From: a virus
Taxonomy: Duplodnaviria > Caudoviricetes
IMG/VR virus record: IMGVR_UViG_3300031413_000603
Location: 1 to 64,000 of that record
DNA: 64,000 nucleotides
Direction: 5' to 3' (one strand)
Shown here: positions 9,259-18,115 of the stretch, one piece after another
Layout: each line of letters opens with the position of its first letter
Numbering within the stretch: position 1 is the first letter of the stretch
Notes under the pieces: generated by a model
The model's input: only the letters and a program-made list of their open reading frames with translations
What the model was told of the DNA's origin: nothing
Databases searched by the model: none
Program-made: the position numbers and the translations under genes

Positions 9259-12149
9259 TGGGCAACGCCCTTTCCTGAGGCGAGCTGGCGCATCAGCTCA
9301 TCGCCTGCGCGCTGGCTGTCCGCATCCGCGTAGTTGAGGGTGATGGGGCTGGAACGGCCCGGGATGTAGTTGTGCGAGACGTAGGAGGCACCGCTGCTGC
9401 CACTGGTGCCGGCAGTGCTGCTGGTAGAGCTGGACGGCGCGGGTGCTGGGCTGGCTGCAGGCGCGGCCTTGGGCGCCGTCTTGGCTTCCTTGGCCGCCTT
9501 CTGCTTGGCTGCCTCTGCCGCCATTGCTTCGGCTTCTTCCTTACCCTGGCCGTACTTGTAGTAGTCCACCACGTTGGACAGTGCGTGGTCCATTGAGTTG
9601 CCACGCCATTTCTTCTGACCGCCGTTGTCCATGTAGGCCACGTTGCCGTTGGCGTCGACAAAGTCTTTGCTGACATATTCGGCCAACGCTTCATCCAGGC
9701 CGGCGCCTTTGAGCCATTCGATGATGCCCTGGCGCGTGCCGGTGGAAGTGCCAGCCGTGCGGGTCTCATGGCCCATGTTGTCCTTGGGCACCTGCTTGGC
9801 GGCCTTCTCTGCGGCCGCGCCCATCTGGTCGAAGCTGCCAGCGGCTTGAAGAGCAGCATCACCCACGCCAGAGACAGCATCCCGGGCAGCGCCCATGCTA
9901 TTGCTGATGCTGTTGCCGGTGTTGTTGGCGCCATTGCGCAAAGTAGTGATCTCAGCCTGTAACCGCTCGATATTGGTGGCGGTTGCCTTCGCTTCGAGCT
10001 GTCGCACCTTTCCAAGCTCAATGCGATTACGTAGTTCGGCCTCGAGCTCCAGGTTTTGCTCGCTGTTGCGCTTCATCTCAATGAGCTTTGCTTCTGCAAC
10101 ACGAATCGCTGCATCAGCTTCATCGTTCATGGCCTTCACCGTGGCCTGGACAATCTTGATCTCGATTTCCTTCTGACGGATCTTCGACTGCAGCACGGCA
10201 ATCTCGTTCCCTGCAGCCTGTGCTGTTGCTTCATGTGCTCTTTCTTGGGACAGAGACAGATTCAGCCCAGCCTCCACCACCTTGTTTCGAGCTGCAAGTG
10301 AAGCTGCATTCATTTCAATCTGTTTGCTCGACAAGACAGCAGAGTTGCCAACTGAACGCTGTGCTTGATCCAACTGCAGAAGGGCCTCGGCTGCGCCCTG
10401 GAGATTGCCCAGCGCCATTTGCTTCTCATATAAGGCTCTTAGCTCTTTGACTCGAGCTGACTGCGTGCCCACCTCAGTGGCGGCATCTTTGGCAGCTTTG
10501 GATTGCTTCTGCCCAGAGGCTTCTGCTGCCTTGCCTGCTGCTTCAATGCTTGCAGCCATCGATTTAATGGCTTCCTCTGCAGTGGAGCTGGAATCGCCTG
10601 TGTCTTTGGTGGCGGCAGCGAGTCCAACGAATCCGTCCTGTGCCAATCGAGCAGCATTCGCTGCGTCATTCATTGAGTCTGCAGCTTTGTCACGCATAGC
10701 TTGAGCGGCATCGCCAAAGCCTTCGGCAGCACTGCGTGCATCTTCAGCAGCAAGCCTGAAACTCTCCGACAGTCCCCCGAAAGTCACACTGGCCAACCCA
10801 TCACGCAGTTTCGCCACCCCGGTGAGCACTATGGAGCCGATCTCTGAAAATACGGAACCAATACCGTATATCGCAGCCAGAACGATATTCACGCCACCAG
10901 CCATAACTCCATATGCGAGTTTGACGGTATTACCGGCGGTTGATGCGTATTCGCCGATCTGAGTGAAGACTGCACCTGTCTTGCTTGCAAACTCTTGGAT
11001 AGACGCAGCTATAACTTGAAAGTCAACCTGGGCAATAAAATCTTTCCACCATTTGATAGACGTGCGGACGGCTTCAGCAAATGCTTCCCCAAATTTTCCA
11101 ACAGTGCCGTCAGAAACAAAACCGCGAAGTGAATTCGCAAGCCCATTGACCGCATCCTTGAGGACGGGAAGCACAGGCGTGCCAAGTACATTTTTGACCG
11201 AGTCCCAGGTGCTTCCAAGGCTGTTCATTGCACCGCCAAGGTTGTCTTGCATGATGGCAGCAGTGCGGGCGGCACTACCTGCTGAATCAGTCAGTTTTCC
11301 CTTCAGATCGTCGAGTGCTCCTATTCCTTGGTTTAGCAATGCTCGCAGTGCTGGTCCAGCCTCCTGTCCAACTGCCAAAATTGCGCTAGAGCCAAGCGGC
11401 CCCGCTTCAGCGAGCTGACGCAATGCCTGGTCAAAGTTATTGGTAGTGATTCCAATGGCACTCAGGCTTTCGCGGAACTGGCTGGCAGGGTCGGAGAATT
11501 GCGAAAGAACACTGTTCAATGCCGTACCAGCACGGCTGGCATCAATCCCGGCGTCAGCGAATTTGCCAATGATCGCAACGGTGGATTCCAAACTGAGACC
11601 GAGACTGTGGGCAATTGGAGCGGTGTATGACAGCGCTTGAGCCAAGCCCTGAACACTGGTGTTGGAAGCGTTGGCGCCCTTAGCCAGAACATCAGCTACA
11701 CGTCCGGCATCACTGAAAGCCAACCCCATGCCCATCACAGCTTTGGTGATGAACTCGGCTGATTCTCCTAGTTGAGTCCCCCCGGCTTGCGCCAACAATA
11801 GGACAGGTGGAAGTGCCGTGACGGCCTCTTGTGCACTCAATCCAGCTTTGGCTAGATTTTCTAAGGCAGCAGCGGCCTCCGCACTGGTAAATGCAGTGGT
11901 AGCTCCCGCGTCCTCTGCAGACTTGCGGAGAGCCGCCATTTCGGTGGCAGAAGCATCCGTTGCAGCTTTCACTCGCGATAGAGCGGCTTCAAGTTCTCTT
12001 GCAGACTCCACACCTGCAGAGAAAAGGCGTACTGTGAAGAAGCCAATGATGGCGACAGCTACTGCAGCCGCCTTCGCCTGAATGCCTGAGAGCACTCCCG
12101 TCATCTCATCCTTCAGCCGGATGACAATTTCAATAAGCCTTTTATTCAC
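9255..12149 (-). CDS. Tail tape measure protein (TP901 family)
   Basis: Ala-rich helical protein with the TTAFTSAEAAAALENLAKAG core; GTG start at 12149 with GGGGA SD. Confidence 0.92.
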   Translation of the reverse strand: MNKRLIEIVIRLKDEMTGVLSGIQAKAAAVAVAIIGFFTVRLFSAGVESARELEAALSRVKAATDASATEMAALRKSAEDAGATTAFTSAEAAAALENLAKAGLSAQEAVTALPPVLLLAQAGGTQLGESAEFITKAVMGMGLAFSDAGRVADVLAKGANASNTSVQGLAQALSYTAPIAHSLGLSLESTVAIIGKFADAGIDASRAGTALNSVLSQFSDPASQFRESLSAIGITTNNFDQALRQLAEAGPLGSSAILAVGQEAGPALRALLNQGIGALDDLKGKLTDSAGSAARTAAIMQDNLGGAMNSLGSTWDSVKNVLGTPVLPVLKDAVNGLANSLRGFVSDGTVGKFGEAFAEAVRTSIKWWKDFIAQVDFQVIAASIQEFASKTGAVFTQIGEYASTAGNTVKLAYGVMAGGVNIVLAAIYGIGSVFSEIGSIVLTGVAKLRDGLASVTFGGLSESFRLAAEDARSAAEGFGDAAQAMRDKAADSMNDAANAARLAQDGFVGLAAATKDTGDSSSTAEEAIKSMAASIEAAGKAAEASGQKQSKAAKDAATEVGTQSARVKELRALYEKQMALGNLQGAAEALLQLDQAQRSVGNSAVLSSKQIEMNAASLAARNKVVEAGLNLSLSQERAHEATAQAAGNEIAVLQSKIRQKEIEIKIVQATVKAMNDEADAAIRVAEAKLIEMKRNSEQNLELEAELRNRIELGKVRQLEAKATATNIERLQAEITTLRNGANNTGNSISNSMGAARDAVSGVGDAALQAAGSFDQMGAAAEKAAKQVPKDNMGHETRTAGTSTGTRQGIIEWLKGAGLDEALAEYVSKDFVDANGNVAYMDNGGQKKWRGNSMDHALSNVVDYYKYGQGKEEAEAMAAEAAKQKAAKEAKTAPKAAPAASPAPAPSSSTSSTAGTSGSSGASYVSHNYIPGRSSPITLNYADADSQRAGDELMRQLASGKGVAQ

Positions 12150-12178
12150 GCTACATCCCCACAATGACGCATGCCGTC

Positions 12179-12228
12179 ACTGTCGCGTTTTGAGCGCAAA
12201 TGAATAAGGCCAGCAAATGCTGGCCTTA
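12179..12228 (-). promoter_or_regulatory. Putative Mor/C-activated late promoter (tail operon)
   Basis: TAAGGCCAGCA-AA-TGCTGGCCTTA dyad + TTATTCATTTGC + GACAGT -10; same spacing as the 18.0 and 25.6 kb copies. Confidence 0.75.
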
Positions 12229-12255
12229 GAGGAATGTGGGAGGGAGGGCCGGTGT

Positions 12256-13263
12256 TTAAACCTTGCGCCAGCGGTAGTACTTGCTGATGCCTTCGCCGGT
12301 CTTCGTAGAGTCCTGCATGATGGAGCCGGTGACCTTCATATTGATGAAGCCCTTTTCCTGCAGCAGTGCCAAGGATGATGCCACACCTTGGCTTGCGCGC
12401 CAAATGTTGACCACGGCAGGTTTGCCCGAGTCAGCTTCATTGAGTCCTTCAAAGATCAGTTCGAGCTCTTTGGGCTTGCTGGTCAGGGCTTCGATGACGG
12501 CGTAGTCGGCAAACTCGTAGTCGACCAGGATCTCGTCATCGTCCGCCAGGCCAGTCGCGTTGGGCACGATGTAGATACCGGCTGGCCGCACTTCATAGTT
12601 GCCTGCCGCAGGCACCTCGGGCCCCGAGGCCTGGTAGGTGTAGCTGATGTAGAGCGTGGAGTCATCGGCGACATCAGGAGCTGCAGCATCGATCTGCACA
12701 CCTGCAGGGGTGACGGTGTAGTTGCCGGGTGCCGAGAGAGTCGTTGCCGTGGCCACGCTGGCACCAATGCGCACCGTCACATTGCTGGCATTGAGGTGTG
12801 CCAGGGGCACCAAAGCTCCTTTGTCCACGTTCAGATGCTCCTCATCGATGACGGTCGCATTGGTGGGGCTGCCCATCTTCTTCTTGACAGTCACCTTGGA
12901 TGGGGCCAAGTGCAATGTGGGGCACAGGCCACCACGGGTCACCTTGAAGAGCTCGTCTTTAACTGCACCGGCATCCACGCCAGAGAAAGTACCCTGGCAT
13001 GCACGAGCCAGGTTGAGAACATTCAAGTCGGCCAGGGTCATGTTGATTTCCATGTCCGTGACGCGGCGCAGCTCGGCGTAGGTGCCGCCACCCATTTGGG
13101 TCATGTCAGGCTGCTTCTCGACATCTTCCTTGTGGGTCAGCTCCAGCGCCAGGACATTGCCCACGGGCAACGGGATCTGGGTGGAGCCGTATTCACGGGC
13201 ATAGACTTTTCCCGCAAGTGCTGCGGGCGCAAAGGTCTTCTTGATGAGGTTTTGTGCAGACAT
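12256..13263 (-). CDS. Major tail tube protein with nested Ig-like module duplication
   Basis: Position before the TMP; siphoviral tube motifs (GNV..LEL, GNYEVRPAGI); start ATG 13263. Confidence 0.85.
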   Translation of the reverse strand: MSAQNLIKKTFAPAALAGKVYAREYGSTQIPLPVGNVLALELTHKEDVEKQPDMTQMGGGTYAELRRVTDMEINMTLADLNVLNLARACQGTFSGVDAGAVKDELFKVTRGGLCPTLHLAPSKVTVKKKMGSPTNATVIDEEHLNVDKGALVPLAHLNASNVTVRIGASVATATTLSAPGNYTVTPAGVQIDAAAPDVADDSTLYISYTYQASGPEVPAAGNYEVRPAGIYIVPNATGLADDDEILVDYEFADYAVIEALTSKPKELELIFEGLNEADSGKPAVVNIWRASQGVASSLALLQEKGFINMKVTGSIMQDSTKTGEGISKYYRWRKV

Positions 13264-13265
13264 GG

Positions 13266-13475
13266 TCAATCCTTTGGAGAGTTGCTGATAACACCCTGAT
13301 CGCGGAGCCATCGGGCGGTTTCGGGATGCACGGAGATTTGAGCGCCCGCAGGTTTGCGTTCGCCCTGGTGTTCGTGTTCACGGACCAAGGTTACGGACAC
13401 CATTGCTGGTGAGGTGGCGACCAGGCGTGATGGCTTTTTGGTGGTGTTGGCAGTAGTGCTGGCTTTGGTACTCAT
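13266..13475 (-). CDS. Small virion-associated hypothetical protein
   Basis: ATGA overlap at 13472-13475; VTLVREHEHQG...ARWLRDQGVI. Confidence 0.65.
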   Translation of the reverse strand: MSTKASTTANTTKKPSRLVATSPAMVSVTLVREHEHQGERKPAGAQISVHPETARWLRDQGVISNSPKD

Positions 13476-13987
13476 TCGGTTCTCCATTCCGCCCAGTTGC
13501 GGGTGCGTAGCTCCAGGAGAGCGCTGTGGCACAGTACGCCGCAAAACAACACAGGGCCGGCGCTGGCCACCTGCACACCACGCTCCTGGGCAACGCTTGC
13601 CCCAAGCAAGTTGGGAAGGCCCAAGGTGGGGGTGACGCGCACGGCATCGCGCATGTGCTCCACCAGTTCATCAAACACCAGCTCGCTGCCGATATCGTCT
13701 TGAAACGCCAGGTAGCCCCGGATGTGCCAGGTGTGCTCATTGAGGACACGACCGTTCTCGGTGAGCTCGGTGGTCTCGACGCGGCGCACATACCAGCCTC
13801 GAATGTGCGGGGCAGCACCAAAGGCATCGATGCCAGGGTCGGCTGCGGTATAGACGTACAGGCCACGAAAGGTCTGCTCGCTGGAGGCCCAGCGCTCGCG
13901 GTGGTGGACGATGCCCACGCCAGGAACGGAGCGCAGTAGGGACACCAGGGCGTCACGGCTTTGGGCCAGGGTGCTGGGCATGGTCAT
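13472..13987 (-). CDS. Tail terminator/completion-type protein
   Basis: Position in the neck module, overlaps both neighbours. Confidence 0.65.
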   Translation of the reverse strand: MTMPSTLAQSRDALVSLLRSVPGVGIVHHRERWASSEQTFRGLYVYTAADPGIDAFGAAPHIRGWYVRRVETTELTENGRVLNEHTWHIRGYLAFQDDIGSELVFDELVEHMRDAVRVTPTLGLPNLLGASVAQERGVQVASAGPVLFCGVLCHSALLELRTRNWAEWRTE

Positions 13988-14487
13988 GGTGCGGCACCTC
14001 CGGCCAGCAGCTGGGCGATCTGGCCGGCAGCGGTTTCAAACATGGCCACGATCTGACCTTCGGTGGCCAGGGCTGCCCGCTCGAGCGGGCGCTGGGGCTT
14101 GGTGCCACGCTTGGCAATCTTGCGCGCCACCAGGAACGCCACGCGCTTGACCTCTTTGGGATCTCGGATGCCAAGCACTGCTCGTACCCAGGGCTCCATG
14201 GCAGCCACAGGCGGCATGTGGGGCTTGGTGCCCAGTTCAAGAAATACCGCAGTCGGCTGGCTGCTACTGACCACGCCCAGCACTCCCGCTGGGGTGGTGA
14301 ACACATCCGTGATGAAGCTGCGTGCCGTGATGCCTGTCACCTTCGGTGTGTTCTCCTGGGTTTCGCGCTGCACCAGCAGGGTTGCCTGGTGCATGGTCGC
14401 TTCTAGGACTTTCTGTGTTTCCGCTGGCGCTTCACGGAGCCCACGGGCATACGTGGTCAGGTCGCCGATGCTGATGGAGACATTCAT
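13984..14487 (-). CDS. HK97 gp10-like neck/tail completion protein
   Basis: VQRETQENTPKVTG...AVFLELGTKPH...RGTKPQRPL motifs; ATGA overlap at 14484-14487. Confidence 0.75.
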   Translation of the reverse strand: MNVSISIGDLTTYARGLREAPAETQKVLEATMHQATLLVQRETQENTPKVTGITARSFITDVFTTPAGVLGVVSSSQPTAVFLELGTKPHMPPVAAMEPWVRAVLGIRDPKEVKRVAFLVARKIAKRGTKPQRPLERAALATEGQIVAMFETAAGQIAQLLAGGAAP

Positions 14488-15167
14488 AGGAATGGTTCTC
14501 CCCGGCGAAACAGGCGTCTGCGACCAGGCCAACTGGCGACAGCAGCAGCTGGAGTCAAGGCGCTGCCATTCTCTGCCTGAGTCAAAGGATCGACCACACC
14601 GATGCCAGCGTAGTAGCCAGCGCGGTATTCCTTGGCACGACGTGCATACATGCTGGCCTTGCTTTCCGTGCGCGAGACATCGGCCCCAATGGCTGATTCA
14701 CGCTCGGCAGAAAAGCGGGTGGCCAACTGCTGGCATAGCAGATGGGCGGCATATTGCGCGACGGGCCATCTGTGCAGCGCAGGGATCGTGTCGGTATCGC
14801 CCTCCAAGATATGCGGAAGACTGAACTTTACGCGAACCACAGCGCCCTCAGGCAGTGACCGGACCGACTCCAGGCCCCAGGTGCCAATCAGATCGCGATA
14901 CGCATCCACAAAGAGGAGCGAGGCTGGATGCTGCCCCACGGGATACTCCGCACTGCGCACGATGGCCTCGTCGGCCCAGCCAGCAGGCACTGGCCCAAAA
15001 ACACCATGCTGGAGCCACACAACATCTTCCGTGAGCGCCCGAGGCACGTCTGCCCCATAGCGCAGTGCCGCTTCCTCAATGGCGCGGCGCTGAACGTCGG
15101 GTGCAACGTTGGAGGCCTGGTCTGGGACCAGGTCCGTCACGAGTTGCTGAAAATCGGCAAATGCCAC
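14484..15167 (-). CDS. Head-tail adaptor protein
   Basis: GTG at 15167 with AAGGA SD; follows the capsid gene. Confidence 0.65.
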   Translation of the reverse strand: MAFADFQQLVTDLVPDQASNVAPDVQRRAIEEAALRYGADVPRALTEDVVWLQHGVFGPVPAGWADEAIVRSAEYPVGQHPASLLFVDAYRDLIGTWGLESVRSLPEGAVVRVKFSLPHILEGDTDTIPALHRWPVAQYAAHLLCQQLATRFSAERESAIGADVSRTESKASMYARRAKEYRAGYYAGIGVVDPLTQAENGSALTPAAAVASWPGRRRLFRRGEPFL

Positions 15168-15225
15168 TGTCGATCCTTTAAAGGCTGCTGGGTTTGTGAA
15201 GGTTCCGCAGGCTGCAGCCCCTTTA

Positions 15226-15249
15226 CAAACCCACCCCTTACGGGGTGGG
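15226..15249 (-). terminator. Intrinsic terminator after the capsid gene
   Basis: CCCACCCC-GTAA-GGGGTGGG followed by TTTG on the - strand. Confidence 0.6.
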
Positions 15250-15322
15250 CCGGGTTCATTCACAAAGGAGAACCACTCCCTAGGCGCTGTGCGGCGCCTC
15301 GCTCTCCGCTGGGTGTGTCAGG

Positions 15323-17707
15323 TCAGGCAACCACCGATTTGCCGAATGCGCGGAAGTCCGTCACTGCGCCGCCGTAGATGTGGCGCAGCTTGTAGGTCAA
15401 CTTGTCGGCGGTGAACATCGAGCCCACGGTGGGCGAGTCCTGCACGAACAGCTCGGGCTCTTCCTTGCCGTTCAAGAAACCCATCTCGATGCCGGGAATG
15501 TCGGCAGGGTCGGCAGCGGTGCACCAGTCGTTCGCGTCCGTCCAGTACCACACAGGAATGATGTTCATGGTCAGCGACTGCATGAACGTCTTTTCGTTGT
15601 TGGTGGCCAGCTTGAACAGATCGACTGCTGCTTCCTGCAGGTCCACTGGCACGATCATGCGCGTGGGCGTAATGCCAATGCGATCATTGCTGGACAGCTC
15701 GGTTTGCTTGAGCATGGCCAGGCGGTGGGCAGCGAGCGAGGTCTTGTCCAGGGCCGTCGTAAACAGGTTGTTATGGTCAGCGTGGAACAAGGCCTTGCCG
15801 TCGTAGATCACGGCGTTGGAGCGCAGGAAGTCGAAGGCGAACTTCGCCAGCGTGCGCTTAGCTGCGCGCGAGAGCTTGGTCGGGATGCGACGAATCACGC
15901 CCACGTCATCGTTGGTGATCATCTCCAGCGTCACGTCCTCGGTGCCGCCGCGCTTGGTGACACCATAGGTGGCCTCCTCGTCCGTAGGGCTGGTCAGAGG
16001 CAGGTAATCAGCACCTTCGGCCACCGCAGGCAAGTCACCATAGCCGCCCCAGCGCGTGCGATGCTGCATGCGGAAGTCGCTCACAGGCACCACGTTGACG
16101 ATCTGACGCCAGCCATCGAAGTCCACGGCTGCACGATACTCGGAGAGCATGCGGCGCGCCACGGCATCGCCCAGCACTTCGCTCAGCGAAGATGAGCCCA
16201 GAGATTCAACCAGGCGCGACTGATCGCATTCACGCAGGCGGCCGGTGACGCGGCGGTCCCCCGTCATCTCGATGTAGCATTCCTTGAAGGATTGCACGCT
16301 GCCGTGGCTCTTGTGGGCAGGGTCAAAGAATGCGTCGAGCATGTCGCGCATGTTGAGGCTGCGGTCACCCACTTCGATGGAGCCCTCGCCGAACATCGGA
16401 ACGCGCACAGCACCGGATTCGGTCAGGCGGGCCACATACTCGCCCTCGGCTTTGATCATGTCGCCCACCGCTGCTTCTGTGAGGCGGTTGGCCGCTGCCA
16501 ATGCAATCTGCGTCTGCAGGCGGTCCTTGGACGCTTGAGGCAGCTTGGCGGCATTGACGCGGTCACGGGCCGCATTGCGCTGCTCGAAGACCTGCAGATC
16601 TGCACGAGTCAGAGGCGTGTTGTCACCCTGCGCCTCGGTCACGCGTTGCACGCCTGGCGAAGCAGCAGAATCAGGCACCAGCGAGCCGCACACGGCTTCG
16701 TAGAGGGTTGTCACTTCGTCGTCCGAGACGGTGTCCACCTGAATGGTGGCGTGTTTGGCTGGGTCTTTAGCCTTGATGGCTTCCAGCATGCGTTGCTTCC
16801 ACAGAGGCATGGCGCTTCCTTCTTGGGTAGTTGAGATATCGGCGGCGGCTTCGGTCAAACGATCCAGGCCGCCACCAGCGCCTGGCTCGACAATCAGGTC
16901 CACCGAATGCACCTTCACAAAGCGCACTGCTTCGCGCAACTGCTCGGTACCCACCTTGCGCTTCTTGGTGCGTGCGCTGGCATCGATGGACAGCCCTAGC
17001 AATCCCTGCATGCCTCGCTTGACTGCTTCCACCATCTTTTTGACAGTGGAATCGGTGGGGTCGATGGGTTTGAAGGTGCCAACGAGCGAGCCGGTATCGG
17101 GCGTCTTGCCTTCGACAAACCGCACGTCGTAGATACCGCCGATGAGGTTGTGGACGTCCTTTCCTTTGCCGGCCAGGTGGTCGGCGTCAGATTTGGAGAA
17201 CACTCGCACGCCCTCGAACATCGGGACTGCTTCGCGCAATGGCGCATCGGGGTAGTAGTTGAGGTTGCCGCTGCGCCCGCCCCGGATGAGGGTTACCTCG
17301 ATAGAGCCGTCTTGGGCCTCGCGGAAAGCCACGTCCAGCGATTCGCGCAGCACGGTCTTGTCGGCGGGAACGGTGGGCACATACGTTTCCACCACTTCCA
17401 CAGGCGCAGTCAGGGTGACCTGGTCGCCCGAGGGCGTTGCGGCCACGGTGTAGCCGTACTGGTACTTGCGACCGCCCAGCTCCACAATGGCGCGGTCAGC
17501 GTAAATGGCTGTCAGGGACACCCAGCGGTCATTGGCAGACTTGGTTGGATAGATGGCAGCGCCAACGGCGGCACGCACCAGGTCGATCAGCTGCCGAAAA
17601 TCGCGCTCAGGAGACGCCGCAGCTTCGCGCATGGCCGATTCGACGGCACCAGGCGTCTGCAGGCCGCCGCATGCGGCCAGCGCTGCAAGGATTTGAGCTA
17701 ACGTCAT
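15323..17707 (-). CDS. Fused prohead protease-scaffold-major capsid protein (Mu gpI/gpZ/gpT-like)
   Basis: Protease motifs (DHL..., GLSIDA, SVDLIVEPGAGG), central helical scaffold, C-terminal gpT-like capsid (SDFR..., YGDL..V.EG.Y, G..LFHADH.N). Confidence 0.88.
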   Translation of the reverse strand: MTLAQILAALAACGGLQTPGAVESAMREAAASPERDFRQLIDLVRAAVGAAIYPTKSANDRWVSLTAIYADRAIVELGGRKYQYGYTVAATPSGDQVTLTAPVEVVETYVPTVPADKTVLRESLDVAFREAQDGSIEVTLIRGGRSGNLNYYPDAPLREAVPMFEGVRVFSKSDADHLAGKGKDVHNLIGGIYDVRFVEGKTPDTGSLVGTFKPIDPTDSTVKKMVEAVKRGMQGLLGLSIDASARTKKRKVGTEQLREAVRFVKVHSVDLIVEPGAGGGLDRLTEAAADISTTQEGSAMPLWKQRMLEAIKAKDPAKHATIQVDTVSDDEVTTLYEAVCGSLVPDSAASPGVQRVTEAQGDNTPLTRADLQVFEQRNAARDRVNAAKLPQASKDRLQTQIALAAANRLTEAAVGDMIKAEGEYVARLTESGAVRVPMFGEGSIEVGDRSLNMRDMLDAFFDPAHKSHGSVQSFKECYIEMTGDRRVTGRLRECDQSRLVESLGSSSLSEVLGDAVARRMLSEYRAAVDFDGWRQIVNVVPVSDFRMQHRTRWGGYGDLPAVAEGADYLPLTSPTDEEATYGVTKRGGTEDVTLEMITNDDVGVIRRIPTKLSRAAKRTLAKFAFDFLRSNAVIYDGKALFHADHNNLFTTALDKTSLAAHRLAMLKQTELSSNDRIGITPTRMIVPVDLQEAAVDLFKLATNNEKTFMQSLTMNIIPVWYWTDANDWCTAADPADIPGIEMGFLNGKEEPELFVQDSPTVGSMFTADKLTYKLRHIYGGAVTDFRAFGKSVVA

Positions 17708-17714
17708 AGCAGCG

Positions 17715-17972
17715 TTACTCTGCCTTGATGGCGCCGGTCAGCTTCTGGCCATCCTTGGTCACCACCACGACATAGTCGCCGTAGTCCTTGAAAGACAGCA
17801 CCTCCGCTTCGGTGACAGGCACCTGCTTGGAACGGGCCACCTTGGCGGGCTTATCGTCTTTGCCTTTGCCGTCGACCAGCTCGGTGACGGTGCGCATGAC
17901 GCATTTGGCCGCCTGCGCAGCGCTCAGCTGCCGGGCGAGTTGATTGGATTTGGGGTCTTTGTCGTCTGCCAC
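17715..17972 (-). CDS. Small basic protein, first gene of the capsid operon
   Basis: 85 aa, GTG start with GGAG SD. Confidence 0.7.
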   Translation of the reverse strand: MADDKDPKSNQLARQLSAAQAAKCVMRTVTELVDGKGKDDKPAKVARSKQVPVTEAEVLSFKDYGDYVVVVTKDGQKLTGAIKAE

Positions 17973-18020
17973 TGGTCACTCCATCTGTTGAGGAACATCA
18001 CGCGGATTTGTGATGGAGTG

Positions 18021-18067
18021 ACTGTGCCTGGCGAGGCGCAAATGAATAAGGCCAGCATGTGCTGGCC
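18021..18067 (-). promoter_or_regulatory. Putative Mor/C-activated late promoter (capsid operon, PI-like)
   Basis: GGCCAGCA-CA-TGCTGGCC dyad + TTATTCATTTGC + CACAGT -10. Confidence 0.75.
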
Positions 18068-18115
18068 CTTGAAGCGATTCATTCTGTCAGCTAACGAGTA
18101 TCAACTGACCGAACT

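Noticed and set aside
12146-12403. 85-aa ORF as a tail assembly chaperone
   Set aside because: Overlaps the tube gene out of frame and runs through the promoter; only its last 8 codons have a plausible start.
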